Positions 45,658-56,158 of a DNA stretch of 64,000 bases are shown one piece after another; position 1 is the stretch's first letter, and the number at the start of each line of letters is the position of its first letter. Below the pieces are notes generated by a model that did no database searches, was not told the origin of the DNA, and worked only from the letters and a program-made list of their open reading frames with translations. This DNA is from a virus. The stretch is taken from the IMG/VR virus record IMGVR_UViG_3300021963_000063, positions 1 through 64,000 of that record; one strand, written 5' to 3'. The translations under genes were made by a program, and so were the position numbers.

Positions 45658-46887
45658 CTAAAAGCTATCAGAAGGATCTTCTATTTCTTCAAACTTTCCT
45701 TTATCAAAATCAGCAAACATAATAAAGTCACCCAAAAATCCGTGACGATTCTTTCTAAAGGCACACTCCAATGCATCAGAGTTCTGTTTACGACCCATAG
45801 CAAGCACCCAGTCAGCATCGTAGGCAATTTGGCGTGACCATGCTACCTGACCTAGCTGTGGCACAGATTCAAGGTCTGAGGCATCGTCAGGGGTCGCTGA
45901 GGCGATTGCAACAATAGGTACTTGTTCAGATATGGCTAAAAGTTTAAGTTCTCTAGAGAGATTCTTAATCTTAACAGTCTCATTCTGACCAGTACCTGCG
46001 TTATCTTGCATCAACTGTAAATAGTCAATGAATACAATATCTGGCTTATATTGATCAATTTTTGCACGAATAACATTTGGTGTTACTTCACTGCCACCGT
46101 CATTTGAAATAATCTTAAATGGCTGTTTACCAGCAACATTCTTTTCAGCCCAATCTTTAAACTCTGATTCATCAATACGACCTGCACTAATTGCACGATG
46201 AGAAAACTTTCCATCACCTGCAATTGTATAAATACGATTACGAACTTCTTGCTCTGTCATTTCAAGAGATAGGATCATTGGAACACGACCATTCTCCCAA
46301 GCCTTTACAGCAAGATACATAGCCATCCATGACTTACCAATAGCAGGATATGCTAATAGAATACCTAACTGACCCTTAGAGATACCCATGGGCAAACAAA
46401 TATCAAATGCTGCAATACCAGTCTTAATACCAACGTCACCATTCTTTGCTGCCTGACGAGTCTTTTCAAAATGTGCAAGTGCATCCTCAACATCTGTTAC
46501 ATCAATGTCTCTAACTTTTGCAGTTAATCTAGATATTGAAGAGATGTCAGAATTAAGTGAACTTAATGCGTTTGAAGATTGATTGTCTTGAAGCAATTGA
46601 GCAGCCTTTTTAACAGCACTTCTTAGTGAGTCATCAAGGAATGTTTCCTTTAATCTATTAACGTGATAAATTGTTGGTCCAGAGTCAACTGGTTCAAAGT
46701 CACGGAATCTAGTTGCAAGTAAATCTTTATCTGGAATCTGCTTGGTTTCATTGTAGTACTCTTTAACAAAGTACCACACATCTGCACAGCTTTTAAGCAT
46801 TGAGTCTACATTGTTTTCATATAGAACATGTATGTCTTTATTCTTACATACAGCAGAAATAACTTCTACTTCTTCACGCATTCCCAT
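45658..46887 (-). CDS. dnaB: DnaB-like replicative helicase
   Basis: AYPAIGKS, SLEM, IDYLQL, YDAD, KNRHG. Confidence 0.92.
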   Translation of the reverse strand: MGMREEVEVISAVCKNKDIHVLYENNVDSMLKSCADVWYFVKEYYNETKQIPDKDLLATRFRDFEPVDSGPTIYHVNRLKETFLDDSLRSAVKKAAQLLQDNQSSNALSSLNSDISSISRLTAKVRDIDVTDVEDALAHFEKTRQAAKNGDVGIKTGIAAFDICLPMGISKGQLGILLAYPAIGKSWMAMYLAVKAWENGRVPMILSLEMTEQEVRNRIYTIAGDGKFSHRAISAGRIDESEFKDWAEKNVAGKQPFKIISNDGGSEVTPNVIRAKIDQYKPDIVFIDYLQLMQDNAGTGQNETVKIKNLSRELKLLAISEQVPIVAIASATPDDASDLESVPQLGQVAWSRQIAYDADWVLAMGRKQNSDALECAFRKNRHGFLGDFIMFADFDKGKFEEIEDPSDSF

Positions 46888-47209
46888 TTAAATACTCCTG
46901 CTTTAACCTTGCTGTTTGTGCTCTACGCTCTGCTCTTAATTGTTCATCTCTAATGTTTGATTCATAAGAATTATACACTATGTCAAAGTTATTAAACAGC
47001 CACCCAAGAGGATGACCGTCTTTATTTAACTTAAAGTAGTACTCAACACCTATAATTACTTTTTCTTTGCCATAGTCATCTAGGAGTGAGATGGCTCCCC
47101 ATTTTTCTTTATACTTATTCAGTAAAGGCTTCTTGCCATACTTTTTCTCATAGCATTTTTCATAGTGGGCAAGGATCCCAAATGCAGCACCTACTGATTC
47201 TTTAGTCAC
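46874..47209 (-). CDS. hypothetical protein upstream of the helicase
   Basis: ORF overlapping the dnaB start. Confidence 0.65.
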   Translation of the reverse strand: MTKESVGAAFGILAHYEKCYEKKYGKKPLLNKYKEKWGAISLLDDYGKEKVIIGVEYYFKLNKDGHPLGWLFNNFDIVYNSYESNIRDEQLRAERRAQTARLKQEYLNGNA

Positions 47210-47427
47210 TTACCAAGATCCTTTTCAATCTCTTGAACTTTTTCTACTAACTTTGATGAAACAAATTCATAAATGCGATCTACTGCAGCATCTGTGTTGG
47301 CATCAATGTCACGAACAAAATCATCTACGCCAATATCAATATGGATACTTTCATAGTTACCTAGATTTTTTACGAACTTTAGATCTACCTTTACTCTTGT
47401 TAGATCTTTCTGTACTGATTTCTCCAT
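47206..47427 (-). CDS. hypothetical protein
   Basis: NLGNYESIHID motif common in phages. Confidence 0.7.
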   Translation of the reverse strand: MEKSVQKDLTRVKVDLKFVKNLGNYESIHIDIGVDDFVRDIDANTDAAVDRIYEFVSSKLVEKVQEIEKDLGK

Positions 47428-47677
47428 TTACTTCACTTTCTTCTTCGACTCCAATAAAACCAAATGTTTTATTTTTAGAAAACTCTTCTTCAAGAACTAG
47501 AACCTTAGAGATACTAAGCCATCTATCTGATATTGATAAAAGCATTTTAGTGTCTGCATTTATTCTTGCTAGTTCTTCAGCGTAAAGCAAAGAGCTCGCT
47601 GCATTAATTATTGCATACTCCTGTGTTATTGTCAACACTTCTTCTTTGTCTTTACTTTTCTTTTTATGCTTACTCAT
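47357..47677 (-). CDS. hypothetical protein
   Basis: ORF; probable start MSKHKK. Confidence 0.5.
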   Translation of the reverse strand: MSKHKKKSKDKEEVLTITQEYAIINAASSLLYAEELARINADTKMLLSISDRWLSISKVLVLEEEFSKNKTFGFIGVEEESEVNGEISTERSNKSKGRSKVRKKSR

Positions 47678-48212
47678 ATTCTTCAGCACTCCAAACTGGA
47701 ACAAAATTTCCTTCTTTCGTTCTCATATATAGCATAGGCTTTTTACCAAGGACTGCATCTATCTCAGATATCGTTGGTACATTTTTAGATACCACTATGC
47801 CATCATTTCTTGGTCTACCACGATGAACATTTGCAAAGTAGTCTCTAAGTTCATAAATGTTTTCTTCTGAAAAATAGTATACTCCACTTCTATTTTTATA
47901 CTCAACCATATAAGGCTTTGATACATCCAGGTTCCAGATAGCAATTCTTATTCTATCTTCATGCCTTCTTAGAATTTTAGAAACCTCGCTTATTCTAAAT
48001 GCTGGCTTTCTAAACTTTTTGTAGTCATAGTATGTATACTTAACTACTTTATTTTGATGATAGTTAAATGCATGACAGACATTTCCAGAGGCATTTGTCC
48101 TAACAACTCTATGTAGTTCTCCATTAAGGAAAAATATTAGATTGTTGTTTTTCTTGACCAGCTGCCCATTGCTGAAAGCTTTAGTACCTGTCTTTCCATT
48201 TTCCATATCCAT
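47670..48212 (-). CDS. HTH (MerR-like) DNA-binding protein
   Basis: FRISEVSKILRRHEDRIR...YFSEENI; GRPR AT-hook-like motif. Confidence 0.65.
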   Translation of the reverse strand: MDMENGKTGTKAFSNGQLVKKNNNLIFFLNGELHRVVRTNASGNVCHAFNYHQNKVVKYTYYDYKKFRKPAFRISEVSKILRRHEDRIRIAIWNLDVSKPYMVEYKNRSGVYYFSEENIYELRDYFANVHRGRPRNDGIVVSKNVPTISEIDAVLGKKPMLYMRTKEGNFVPVWSAEEYE

Positions 48213-48349
48213 AACGCAAAACTTCCTCTATTTTGTGGATGATTAAATATCCATCTCTTGCCACAAGTAAAACAGTATAACTCTATATGAGTTTCAGAGC
48301 TAAAAACTCTATCAACTAAAACTCTTCCATTACACTTCTTACACCACAT
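48137..48349 (-). CDS. small zinc-ribbon protein (leaderless)
   Basis: CKKC...CFTCG; TATAAT-N6-ATG. Confidence 0.65.
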   Translation of the reverse strand: MWCKKCNGRVLVDRVFSSETHIELYCFTCGKRWIFNHPQNRGSFALWIWKMERQVLKLSAMGSWSRKTTI

Positions 48350-48369
48350 TGTTAAATTATAGCGTAAAG

Positions 48370-49179
48370 TTATACTTTAAACATCTTTCCATCAACAATA
48401 CAAGAGTAATCTGGTGATACATGAACTAGTTGAATGTGTGGATAATTACCATTTTCAATGTGAGCAATAGCAAATGCTTTTTGCCAATTGTGATTATTTG
48501 TATACATCATTCCTGTAGACTTTTCATCACACATATGACCAATTTCATATCCTCGTAAGGTCTCACCCTTACCACCATTTCTAAGCTCATAAGTATTAAA
48601 GTATACACCTGCACGATGTGAGTGACCACGAATAAGTGATACGCCAAAGTTATCTACGTCTTTACGAACAGACTCACCTGCATTTTGAGAGATAGCATTG
48701 CCATGATGAACGTGAATATCTCCAAAGCGATGTGCAGGTGGCTGGTTGTAATAAATATAATCATAACCAAGGCTGTCTAAGTTCCACAAACTTTCTGGAG
48801 TAGTAACCTCAATGTAATCTGGTAACTTTGCATCTACATAATCAAACACACGAATATCGTGATTTCCAAGTGCGGAAAACAGTTGTGCATTCTTAGCAAC
48901 TTTACGAGTCTTAGTATAAAAATCCCTTGCTAGTTTTGCTTCATGCTTCATAAGAGGAACAATAGCATCACCATTGTTATCTTTGTGCATCTTTAAAAAC
49001 TCTGCTGAGCGACCTTCTGTGTACTTGCTATAGCAAGCCTGATCGTCAGTATCACCTAAGTAGTCAATAACATCTGGCTTAAACCATCTCATTACTTTAA
49101 ACCATAGTTCAATCATCTTATCGTCTTGATAAGGGAATTGCTGATCGGATGATATCATCCACTTTAAATCGTTTGTCAT
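48370..49179 (-). CDS. calcineurin-like metallophosphoesterase
   Basis: SDxQ, GD, GNHD, HHG, GHSH. Confidence 0.85.
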   Translation of the reverse strand: MTNDLKWMISSDQQFPYQDDKMIELWFKVMRWFKPDVIDYLGDTDDQACYSKYTEGRSAEFLKMHKDNNGDAIVPLMKHEAKLARDFYTKTRKVAKNAQLFSALGNHDIRVFDYVDAKLPDYIEVTTPESLWNLDSLGYDYIYYNQPPAHRFGDIHVHHGNAISQNAGESVRKDVDNFGVSLIRGHSHRAGVYFNTYELRNGGKGETLRGYEIGHMCDEKSTGMMYTNNHNWQKAFAIAHIENGNYPHIQLVHVSPDYSCIVDGKMFKV

Positions 49180-49194
49180 TGTAAACCTTTCTGT

Positions 49195-49683
49195 TTACGC
49201 AGCTTTGGCTCTAAGGCGACAAACCTTAGAGCAATACTTGTAGTGCTTATCTGCAGTTGCAGGTATAGTGTAACTAGTGTAACAGTGCAAACAAATTTTA
49301 TCAATAGTTTTTTTACTTTTACACATAGAATTACATCTTTTTCTTTTCTTCATAATACTAGGAGTACCATAAAATGTTTTGCCACAAGATTCACATTGTT
49401 TTCCTACCCATGTTTCATGCACTCTATAAAGAGATACATTCTTCATTCCGTGGGCTTTGTCATGCTCTTGCCTGTGGCAAACAAAAAGATTATCTATTCT
49501 GTTATCTGTTTTTATTTCATTTATGTGGTGAACTGATTCATACTCTTTTAAGTATCTTCCAAGTTCTTTTTCTATATTTATGACGTGCTCAAAATACCAG
49601 CCTCCATGAAAGGCTTTTGGATGCTTTGTCTCTTTTACCAAAACATATCCGTTTAGTATTTTATGGAGCATCCCCCACCGCAA
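49195..49683 (-). CDS. HNH endonuclease with C-terminal zinc fingers
   Basis: EH...VHHINEIKTDNRIDNL...H; CxxC repeats. Confidence 0.85.
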   Translation of the reverse strand: MRWGMLHKILNGYVLVKETKHPKAFHGGWYFEHVINIEKELGRYLKEYESVHHINEIKTDNRIDNLFVCHRQEHDKAHGMKNVSLYRVHETWVGKQCESCGKTFYGTPSIMKKRKRCNSMCKSKKTIDKICLHCYTSYTIPATADKHYKYCSKVCRLRAKAA

Positions 49684-50119
49684 TGTAATTAATAATTACA
49701 TCCTGTCCTGCTTTTAATGATTCGCCATCAATTGGAGTAACTGTGCAAGTAAATCCATCTTTTGTAACATTGGCTACTGATACAGCAAGCTGTTCTGCTG
49801 ATGTTTTATTCTTACGCATATCTGCGGTAGCAACAACAATTACACTTGCATCTTTAAATCCATTTCCAGGGAAGTCAACGTATGCATTAAATGCTGCTTT
49901 AGACTTTCTAGCATCACCAATTTTTTGCTGATCAGCAATAACTTTAATCTTACCTGCAGAAGCAATTGCGTCTCCAGCATAGGTAATTGGTCTTGCTCTA
50001 TTTTCTGCATCTGCTTTAGTATTGGCTGCAAGTTGTGATTGCAATGTATTAATTTCAGACACAAGACTATTAAGCCACTCAAAAGTAATTGGCTGTCCGT
50101 CACTTAGTTGTGCTGCCAT
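49661..50119 (-). CDS. minor tail protein (H-type-lectin-like C-terminus)
   Basis: F...VVAT...NVTKDGF...NYIAVG. Confidence 0.55.
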   Translation of the reverse strand: MAAQLSDGQPITFEWLNSLVSEINTLQSQLAANTKADAENRARPITYAGDAIASAGKIKVIADQQKIGDARKSKAAFNAYVDFPGNGFKDASVIVVATADMRKNKTSAEQLAVSVANVTKDGFTCTVTPIDGESLKAGQDVIINYIAVGDAP

Positions 50120-50124
50120 TAAAA

Positions 50125-50289
50125 TTATTCTCCTTTAGATTCCTTGAGACTTGCAATTTCTGCATCCTTTGCCTCAAGTGCCTCTGTTGCTTGTGCCTTA
50201 AGCACAGCCATTTGTGTTTCATAGTTACTAGTCATTTGTCCAATTCTGCTTTGCAGTTCTTGTACTACTAGTTCTAGTGTTTTTGACAT
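50125..50289 (-). CDS. small coiled-coil protein
   Basis: MSKTLELVVQELQSRIG..., AAGGAG SD. Not in the ORF track. Confidence 0.65.
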   Translation of the reverse strand: MSKTLELVVQELQSRIGQMTSNYETQMAVLKAQATEALEAKDAEIASLKESKGE

Positions 50290-50346
50290 TATTGTCTCCT
50301 TTGTCTCTTGTACATTATAGCATTTATAAAGTGTTTCTGCAACCTT

Positions 50347-50571
50347 TTATTCTGCTTCTATTTCTTGAATTTTTTCTTTTAACCAAATTTCTTTTGACTC
50401 TAAAGATTCAATTATTTCATCCTTTACTTGGTTAAAGTCAAGATAAAACCATGGAATGTCTTCGTGTGGAACACCTTCAAAATAATTAAAAATACCATAG
50501 TATGTTTCTTTTTCTGAGTTATTAAATTTTAACTGTTTATTTAGAAATAATAGTTTTTCTTCTTTATTCAT
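50347..50571 (-). CDS. hypothetical protein (possible fibre chaperone)
   Basis: GGAGG SD directly after the large fibre gene. Confidence 0.55.
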   Translation of the reverse strand: MNKEEKLLFLNKQLKFNNSEKETYYGIFNYFEGVPHEDIPWFYLDFNQVKDEIIESLESKEIWLKEKIQEIEAE

Positions 50572-50579
50572 TTTTCCTC

Positions 50580-53500
50580 CTATCCTGCATATATAATAAA
50601 GTATACAGCAAGATATGGTGGTATCGTTGCAACCGAAGCTGTTGCTGCTGTATTTGCTCCTGCATTACCAATAATTGATCTGTCTGTTATAGAGAAATTA
50701 TGATTAAATGCGTTAAGTGTGTGAGAGTGTCCATTTCCAGCATTTGCTACATACGTTCCATCTCCGTGGGTGTGGTTAACGGTAGGAGTTAAAATAGTTG
50801 TTCCACTAATTCCTCTTGATCCAGCTTCAGCATTTCCTGCGGCTGAGGAGGTACCTGTTACAGAGTGAGTATGATTATTTGTACCAACTGTTCCTTCTGT
50901 AACGCTTCCAGATATACCTCCGATTACATTTGCATTGTTTGTAGCAGCAGTGGCATCTGATGCCATTGTGTGCGTATGTGCAGTTACTGTTGTATATGTT
51001 GCTGATGCAGCACCACCAACGTCTCCCAAAGGATAGGTTGTTCCACTTACGCCAAGTGGGAATCTTCCTGTTAGATTTGGAGTAGTAGTCATTATTGCAC
51101 GAAGCTGTGGATATAGTGTTGAGCTAACTGCCTGACCATTACATAATAGCCACCCAGCTGGTGGGGTTGCTGTGTACCACATAACAATAGATCCAATTGG
51201 TACAGCACCCTTACCAGAAAATTCTGGGGCTAGAAGAACTCCATCATTTCTAAAATAGAATTTTTGATCTTCTGTTCCATCGCTATTTAAATTATGAAGT
51301 ACGGTATGAATTGTATTATCAGTATTATGAATTTGACCTAAAACAGATATTCTTGTTTTTGCAGCTCCTTGAACTCTTGACTTAATTAATGGCACAAAAG
51401 ATGATCCTGATATTCCAGTGGCTTTTGCTGTAAATGGTGCAAATGTTGATTCAACTGACTGACTTACAAAAGATTGACCCAGAGCTCTATTTTCAATAGT
51501 AAGGCTATTCAATCCAGTGGCGGTAGACTTTTTTATTGTAAATGGAGCTAGGTCTGCGTCATCATCACCTGCCCACATATAATAGAATCCATCAGCCAAG
51601 GGAGATGTTACTAGTTCATCATAAAATGATAACTTAGGTTTTGTTGTGGTATATGAATAAAATCCCTCTGAACCTGTATCATGTACAACAATACCAGAAT
51701 CTTCTGGATAAAATACTAATGTATAGTATCCAGCGGTGTCTAATAAACTAAGACCTCCTCCAGATGATTCTTGTAAAGATATTGCAGATCCGCTTCTTGT
51801 TAAAGTAAGTTTTCCAAACCTGGCATTATATCCATCAGCTTCTCCATATAAAATTGTTCCTTCGTCTAAATCTTGTGTTCCAATAGCTGCAATTACATAG
51901 TTTCCAGCAGCCACTCCAGGTAGAACATCTGATTCAAGAACTAAAGTATTTCCTACAGCTAGTCCTCCTGTGGATGACGTAAACTCATCATCTGTAAAAA
52001 TTTCTGTAAAATATAGTGATAGCTGAGTTGTTGTTGCAGAACCGTATACAGGATAAATATCTGTAGCAGCCTGTGGTGAACTTATCTCTGGAAAACCACC
52101 ATCTGGATCATAATTATCTATTTCTTTTACAAAAAAAACTCTTTTTCTATCAAGTACATCAGTAATCGAAATACTTTTTCCATCAAAAACTGTTGTTAGA
52201 TTATTTGTACTAATCCCCTGGAAATCAAATTTCATAATTTTTCCATACAAAATATCTGGTAATTGTGCTTGCATTTCTGAAGAGAATCCTGATGTTGCTA
52301 CCGTAACATATATAGAAGCAAAATTTTCTTCATAATCTTCAAATTCATCATCAAGAAGAATTCTTTCAATATTAATTGTTGCAAGTCCACCAGTAAATTC
52401 TGCTGCAGATGAAGCTAAGGCTAATCTTCCTTCTCCAGATCCAGTTTGTAAAATTCCAGCAGCATCAAATTTCCATCCTTTATCTCTACTTCCAATAGAT
52501 CCTTGAAGAGCTTGGATTGTTCCAGTTACGGTAACGGTTCCCTTACCGCCAATTCCAATATCTGGCTGATAAGTTAAAGAAGAGTCTCTATCTCCAACCG
52601 AGAAATATCCTTGAGAGTCTACATAAAATGGGGTGTCAGCACCATTCCAGCTGGCGGTTTCAGTTGGTCCAATAAATATCTTTGGGTTATTTTCATCTGT
52701 TGCTCCATCAGATAAATGAATATTTTTATTGTCTTGATTTGCAATTGATTTAATTAGTCCACTTGAAATTTCCCATCCACTATCTGTTCCACCAATATAT
52801 CCTGATGTGGCTCTAATTTGACCTACTACATCAAGTAGTGGCTCTGGTTCAGTTGTCCATTTAATATAAGAATCCACTGATCCTACTCTAAATTGATTAT
52901 TTGTAAACCACCAATTAAATTTATCAAGTCTAATTCCAGTTCCATTTGAATGAGAATATGATCCTGTTCCTTGTGCAGGATGAAGACCTAATGTTAACTC
53001 TCTTAGCGTAACTGTTCCTGTAAGACTATTATTTGTTGAGTTTGTTACCCCTGAAACTCCAGACAGTTTTATAGTAAATGTTACGCTATCTGCAAGAGTG
53101 TCAATAGCAAATTCTCTATTAAGATTATTTAATCCATTAGTTGCTGGAAGGTTTTCAATTAATACTTTTTCTCCAGCTATAAATGCGTGTCCTGTTGTAG
53201 TAATTGTTGCTATTTGATTTCCTGCTGTTCCTGAAATTACTACTGAAGTTGCGGTTGTTTGAAGTCTTGGGGTAGAAATAGATGTTGTTGATTCAAGGAC
53301 ACCTTTAATTCTTCCTTGAACTTGAAGCTCTGAAAAATCTGCAAGGCTAAATGTTAAACTTACTCCTGATCCATTTGCAGTGTGATTATTTGTAACAGTT
53401 ATGGTTGTTCCTGAAATATTTGTTACTGTAGAGTTTGATGCAATACCAGTTCCGATAACAAGCATTCCCTTTACAATTCCAGTAGCACTGGAAACTGTTA

Positions 53501-55331
53501 TGGTATTATTTCCTGAAGTAAATGTTCCTGTTGTTATTACTTCTGGGGTATCTACATCTGGGGAAAAGGTAAGCTGATCTGATAATGAAAACTTACCTGT
53601 TGAATCAACATAAAATCCTGTACCTGCTGATGAGTGTACACCAGATCCAATATATATCTTTGGCGTTGTACCTGCGTTTAATGCAATCTTAGAAGATCCG
53701 CTGCCTTTAAATATTTCATCTGAGCCAATTGACCAACCTGCTATGCTTCCACCTGCGGAAGCATTAATTACACCAGTTACATTTAGTGCTGAGCCATTCC
53801 AAGTTAGACCTTTTGTACCGTCCCCAATTCCAAATAATCCATTACTATACCAATAGTTGTGTTGATTTACATAAATACCATCATAAGAATATTCTGTAAT
53901 ACCATTACTCCATCCAGCATCGGTAGAGTCATATGTTCCATTAATTGGACTAAACGTAATAGATACATCAGATAGTGCTTGTGTGGTTGCATTTGAAATT
54001 GTTATTACTGTTGCAGTTGCACTAACTACAGTTGTATTTGACGGAATTCCTGTGCCTGACACTGACATTCCTGCATATACTCCAGTAGAGGATACTACAG
54101 CTAGTGTGGTATCTGAATTATCTGCATTTACATTTATAGATTTTGTAGAACTACTAGCATTAACATTAATTATATTAGAGCTAACAGAAGCTACTTGGAA
54201 AACTTTATTTAAAGATCCTAATCCACCACCACTATTGCTTAACCCCGATAAGTAAATAAAATCTCCTGCAACAAAAGGATGTGAAGTTGACGTAGTAATT
54301 TCTGCTAACTGAGGAGAAGTTCCTGATAGTATAACTTTTGTTATAGTTCTTTGTGAAGAAGAAATTGGATTATGGTTTGCTTTAATAGACATGCTAAATG
54401 CACCACTGGTAAGAAGTAGAGAGTTAGCACTAATTTCACCAGCAATCTGTACACCCGTTCCAACAACAATATTTGAACCATTAAATGAGATAGTATTTGT
54501 TCCAGTTCCAAGCGAGAAGTTTCCATCATCATACCAGTAGTTTGTTGCATCAATATAAATTCCATCTTCTAAAGATGGGGAAGCATCTACACCAAGGAAC
54601 ATGTCTCCAATTCTTACTTTTCCTGTAAAAATTCCACCTGTTGCATTTATATCACCAGTGACGGCTAGGTTTGTGTTATTCCAGGTAACATTTTTTGTAG
54701 CATTTCCAATTTTAAATAGTCCAGAATCATACCAGTAATTATGCTCATTTATATATATACCATCATTGGTGCTATTTACATTTGTTCCAATTTTCATAGA
54801 CCCTGGAGAATCTGGATCTAATGGATCTCCAATTACTAGGAACCCGTCAAAATATCCATCTGTTGCTTCAATTGTTCCTCTTACTGCAACATTAGAAAAT
54901 ACTGAATTTCCTTCTGTAGTAATTGTCCAACCTGAATCACCTATAGATTTATTACTCCAGTCATCTTTTCTTATTTGAAGCTCTGTACCATCTGTAAATA
55001 TCTTTACACCATTTAATATTGTTTTGTATCTTTCTACTCCACCTGCTGTATACCAGACGTTGTAAGATATGGTATCTGTTGTTGTTGGATCAATGTTTTC
55101 ATCAACTCTAGTAATTAAATAATAAGTATCTGATATTAAAAAGAATCTTCCTGGAATCAAATCATCTGTTACAGCATCTGGATATTGTACAACTAAGTCT
55201 GGAATTGCTCCATTAAAGTTTGCAGAAGAAATTGTTGAAAGCAATTTAGAGGAACCATCAAAGGGATCAAAAATTGCTTCTAGATAGCTAGACTGTGGAG
55301 AACTTAAAGAGTCCTGTGTTTGATTAGTCAT
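50580..55331 (-). CDS. large tail fibre/tip protein with C-terminal collar + HxH tip
   Basis: Repeated GIY.n..NYWY..G.F motifs; PAGWLLCNGQ; HxH motifs; PPYLAVYFII. Confidence 0.8.
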   Translation of the reverse strand: MTNQTQDSLSSPQSSYLEAIFDPFDGSSKLLSTISSANFNGAIPDLVVQYPDAVTDDLIPGRFFLISDTYYLITRVDENIDPTTTDTISYNVWYTAGGVERYKTILNGVKIFTDGTELQIRKDDWSNKSIGDSGWTITTEGNSVFSNVAVRGTIEATDGYFDGFLVIGDPLDPDSPGSMKIGTNVNSTNDGIYINEHNYWYDSGLFKIGNATKNVTWNNTNLAVTGDINATGGIFTGKVRIGDMFLGVDASPSLEDGIYIDATNYWYDDGNFSLGTGTNTISFNGSNIVVGTGVQIAGEISANSLLLTSGAFSMSIKANHNPISSSQRTITKVILSGTSPQLAEITTSTSHPFVAGDFIYLSGLSNSGGGLGSLNKVFQVASVSSNIINVNASSSTKSINVNADNSDTTLAVVSSTGVYAGMSVSGTGIPSNTTVVSATATVITISNATTQALSDVSITFSPINGTYDSTDAGWSNGITEYSYDGIYVNQHNYWYSNGLFGIGDGTKGLTWNGSALNVTGVINASAGGSIAGWSIGSDEIFKGSGSSKIALNAGTTPKIYIGSGVHSSAGTGFYVDSTGKFSLSDQLTFSPDVDTPEVITTGTFTSGNNTITVSSATGIVKGMLVIGTGIASNSTVTNISGTTITVTNNHTANGSGVSLTFSLADFSELQVQGRIKGVLESTTSISTPRLQTTATSVVISGTAGNQIATITTTGHAFIAGEKVLIENLPATNGLNNLNREFAIDTLADSVTFTIKLSGVSGVTNSTNNSLTGTVTLRELTLGLHPAQGTGSYSHSNGTGIRLDKFNWWFTNNQFRVGSVDSYIKWTTEPEPLLDVVGQIRATSGYIGGTDSGWEISSGLIKSIANQDNKNIHLSDGATDENNPKIFIGPTETASWNGADTPFYVDSQGYFSVGDRDSSLTYQPDIGIGGKGTVTVTGTIQALQGSIGSRDKGWKFDAAGILQTGSGEGRLALASSAAEFTGGLATINIERILLDDEFEDYEENFASIYVTVATSGFSSEMQAQLPDILYGKIMKFDFQGISTNNLTTVFDGKSISITDVLDRKRVFFVKEIDNYDPDGGFPEISSPQAATDIYPVYGSATTTQLSLYFTEIFTDDEFTSSTGGLAVGNTLVLESDVLPGVAAGNYVIAAIGTQDLDEGTILYGEADGYNARFGKLTLTRSGSAISLQESSGGGLSLLDTAGYYTLVFYPEDSGIVVHDTGSEGFYSYTTTKPKLSFYDELVTSPLADGFYYMWAGDDDADLAPFTIKKSTATGLNSLTIENRALGQSFVSQSVESTFAPFTAKATGISGSSFVPLIKSRVQGAAKTRISVLGQIHNTDNTIHTVLHNLNSDGTEDQKFYFRNDGVLLAPEFSGKGAVPIGSIVMWYTATPPAGWLLCNGQAVSSTLYPQLRAIMTTTPNLTGRFPLGVSGTTYPLGDVGGAASATYTTVTAHTHTMASDATAATNNANVIGGISGSVTEGTVGTNNHTHSVTGTSSAAGNAEAGSRGISGTTILTPTVNHTHGDGTYVANAGNGHSHTLNAFNHNFSITDRSIIGNAGANTAATASVATIPPYLAVYFIIYAG

Positions 55332-56158
55332 TATGCTGCTCCTGCTGCTGATACTATAATATCATCAATTGACGATGCCCTAACAGAGTCTCCTAAAAGC
55401 ATTGGAAAGTATCCAATCCAGGATCCTGAAGAATTTTTATAGTATCTAACTATAACATATCTAAACTTATAATTTCCAGACTCAATTCTAGTTTCAGCAT
55501 TTGCTCTTTTTCTAGTAAGTCCTGAAGGGTATGCTGGTGGGGTGGTAGTGAATGCTGTTCCTCCATTTGATATATCTGAATCTAGATAATAAAGCTCTCC
55601 AGGATTTTCTTCTTCTTCCCACAAAAAGAAAACTACATCTCTTAGTGTTGTTGTCCATTCTAAACTGTTTCTAAGATTTGTTGGAAGATATGTTTTAATT
55701 ATAAAATAGTCTGGAACGCTTACCGTTTCAGATAAAGATATTGTTCCAGCGTCTGTGGTCTTAGCAAAATTTGATCCTTTTCTATTAAACTTTATCATTT
55801 TTGAATTTGGAACAGTTGTAACCGTATGAGTTGCGTTTAAATTTGCAACTGTCATACCATTTAACAATATCCTATTTCCCTTTTTAAGACCATGGCTTGC
55901 TGTGGTCCATAGGGTTACTACATTTTTTGATCTTTGTCTATATCTAACAGTGTCTGTATAAGTTCTTGTTATTTGTTTTTTTACCACTCTTTTTGTTACT
56001 GTGGGTGCAAATTCTGGATTTGAAATAAGTGGTGGAGCTTTTGGAGTTTCAATAAACAAGGCTCTACTAAACGAAGAATCTGTTACAGAAAATGGATCAG
56101 AGTACTTTAAAAGAACTCTATGCTTTCCTGGTTTTAAGTTTGGTACTGTAATATCCAT
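55331..56158 (-). CDS. minor tail protein
   Basis: Tail operon context; T..HGL..G motif. Confidence 0.6.
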   Translation of the reverse strand: MDITVPNLKPGKHRVLLKYSDPFSVTDSSFSRALFIETPKAPPLISNPEFAPTVTKRVVKKQITRTYTDTVRYRQRSKNVVTLWTTASHGLKKGNRILLNGMTVANLNATHTVTTVPNSKMIKFNRKGSNFAKTTDAGTISLSETVSVPDYFIIKTYLPTNLRNSLEWTTTLRDVVFFLWEEEENPGELYYLDSDISNGGTAFTTTPPAYPSGLTRKRANAETRIESGNYKFRYVIVRYYKNSSGSWIGYFPMLLGDSVRASSIDDIIVSAAGAA

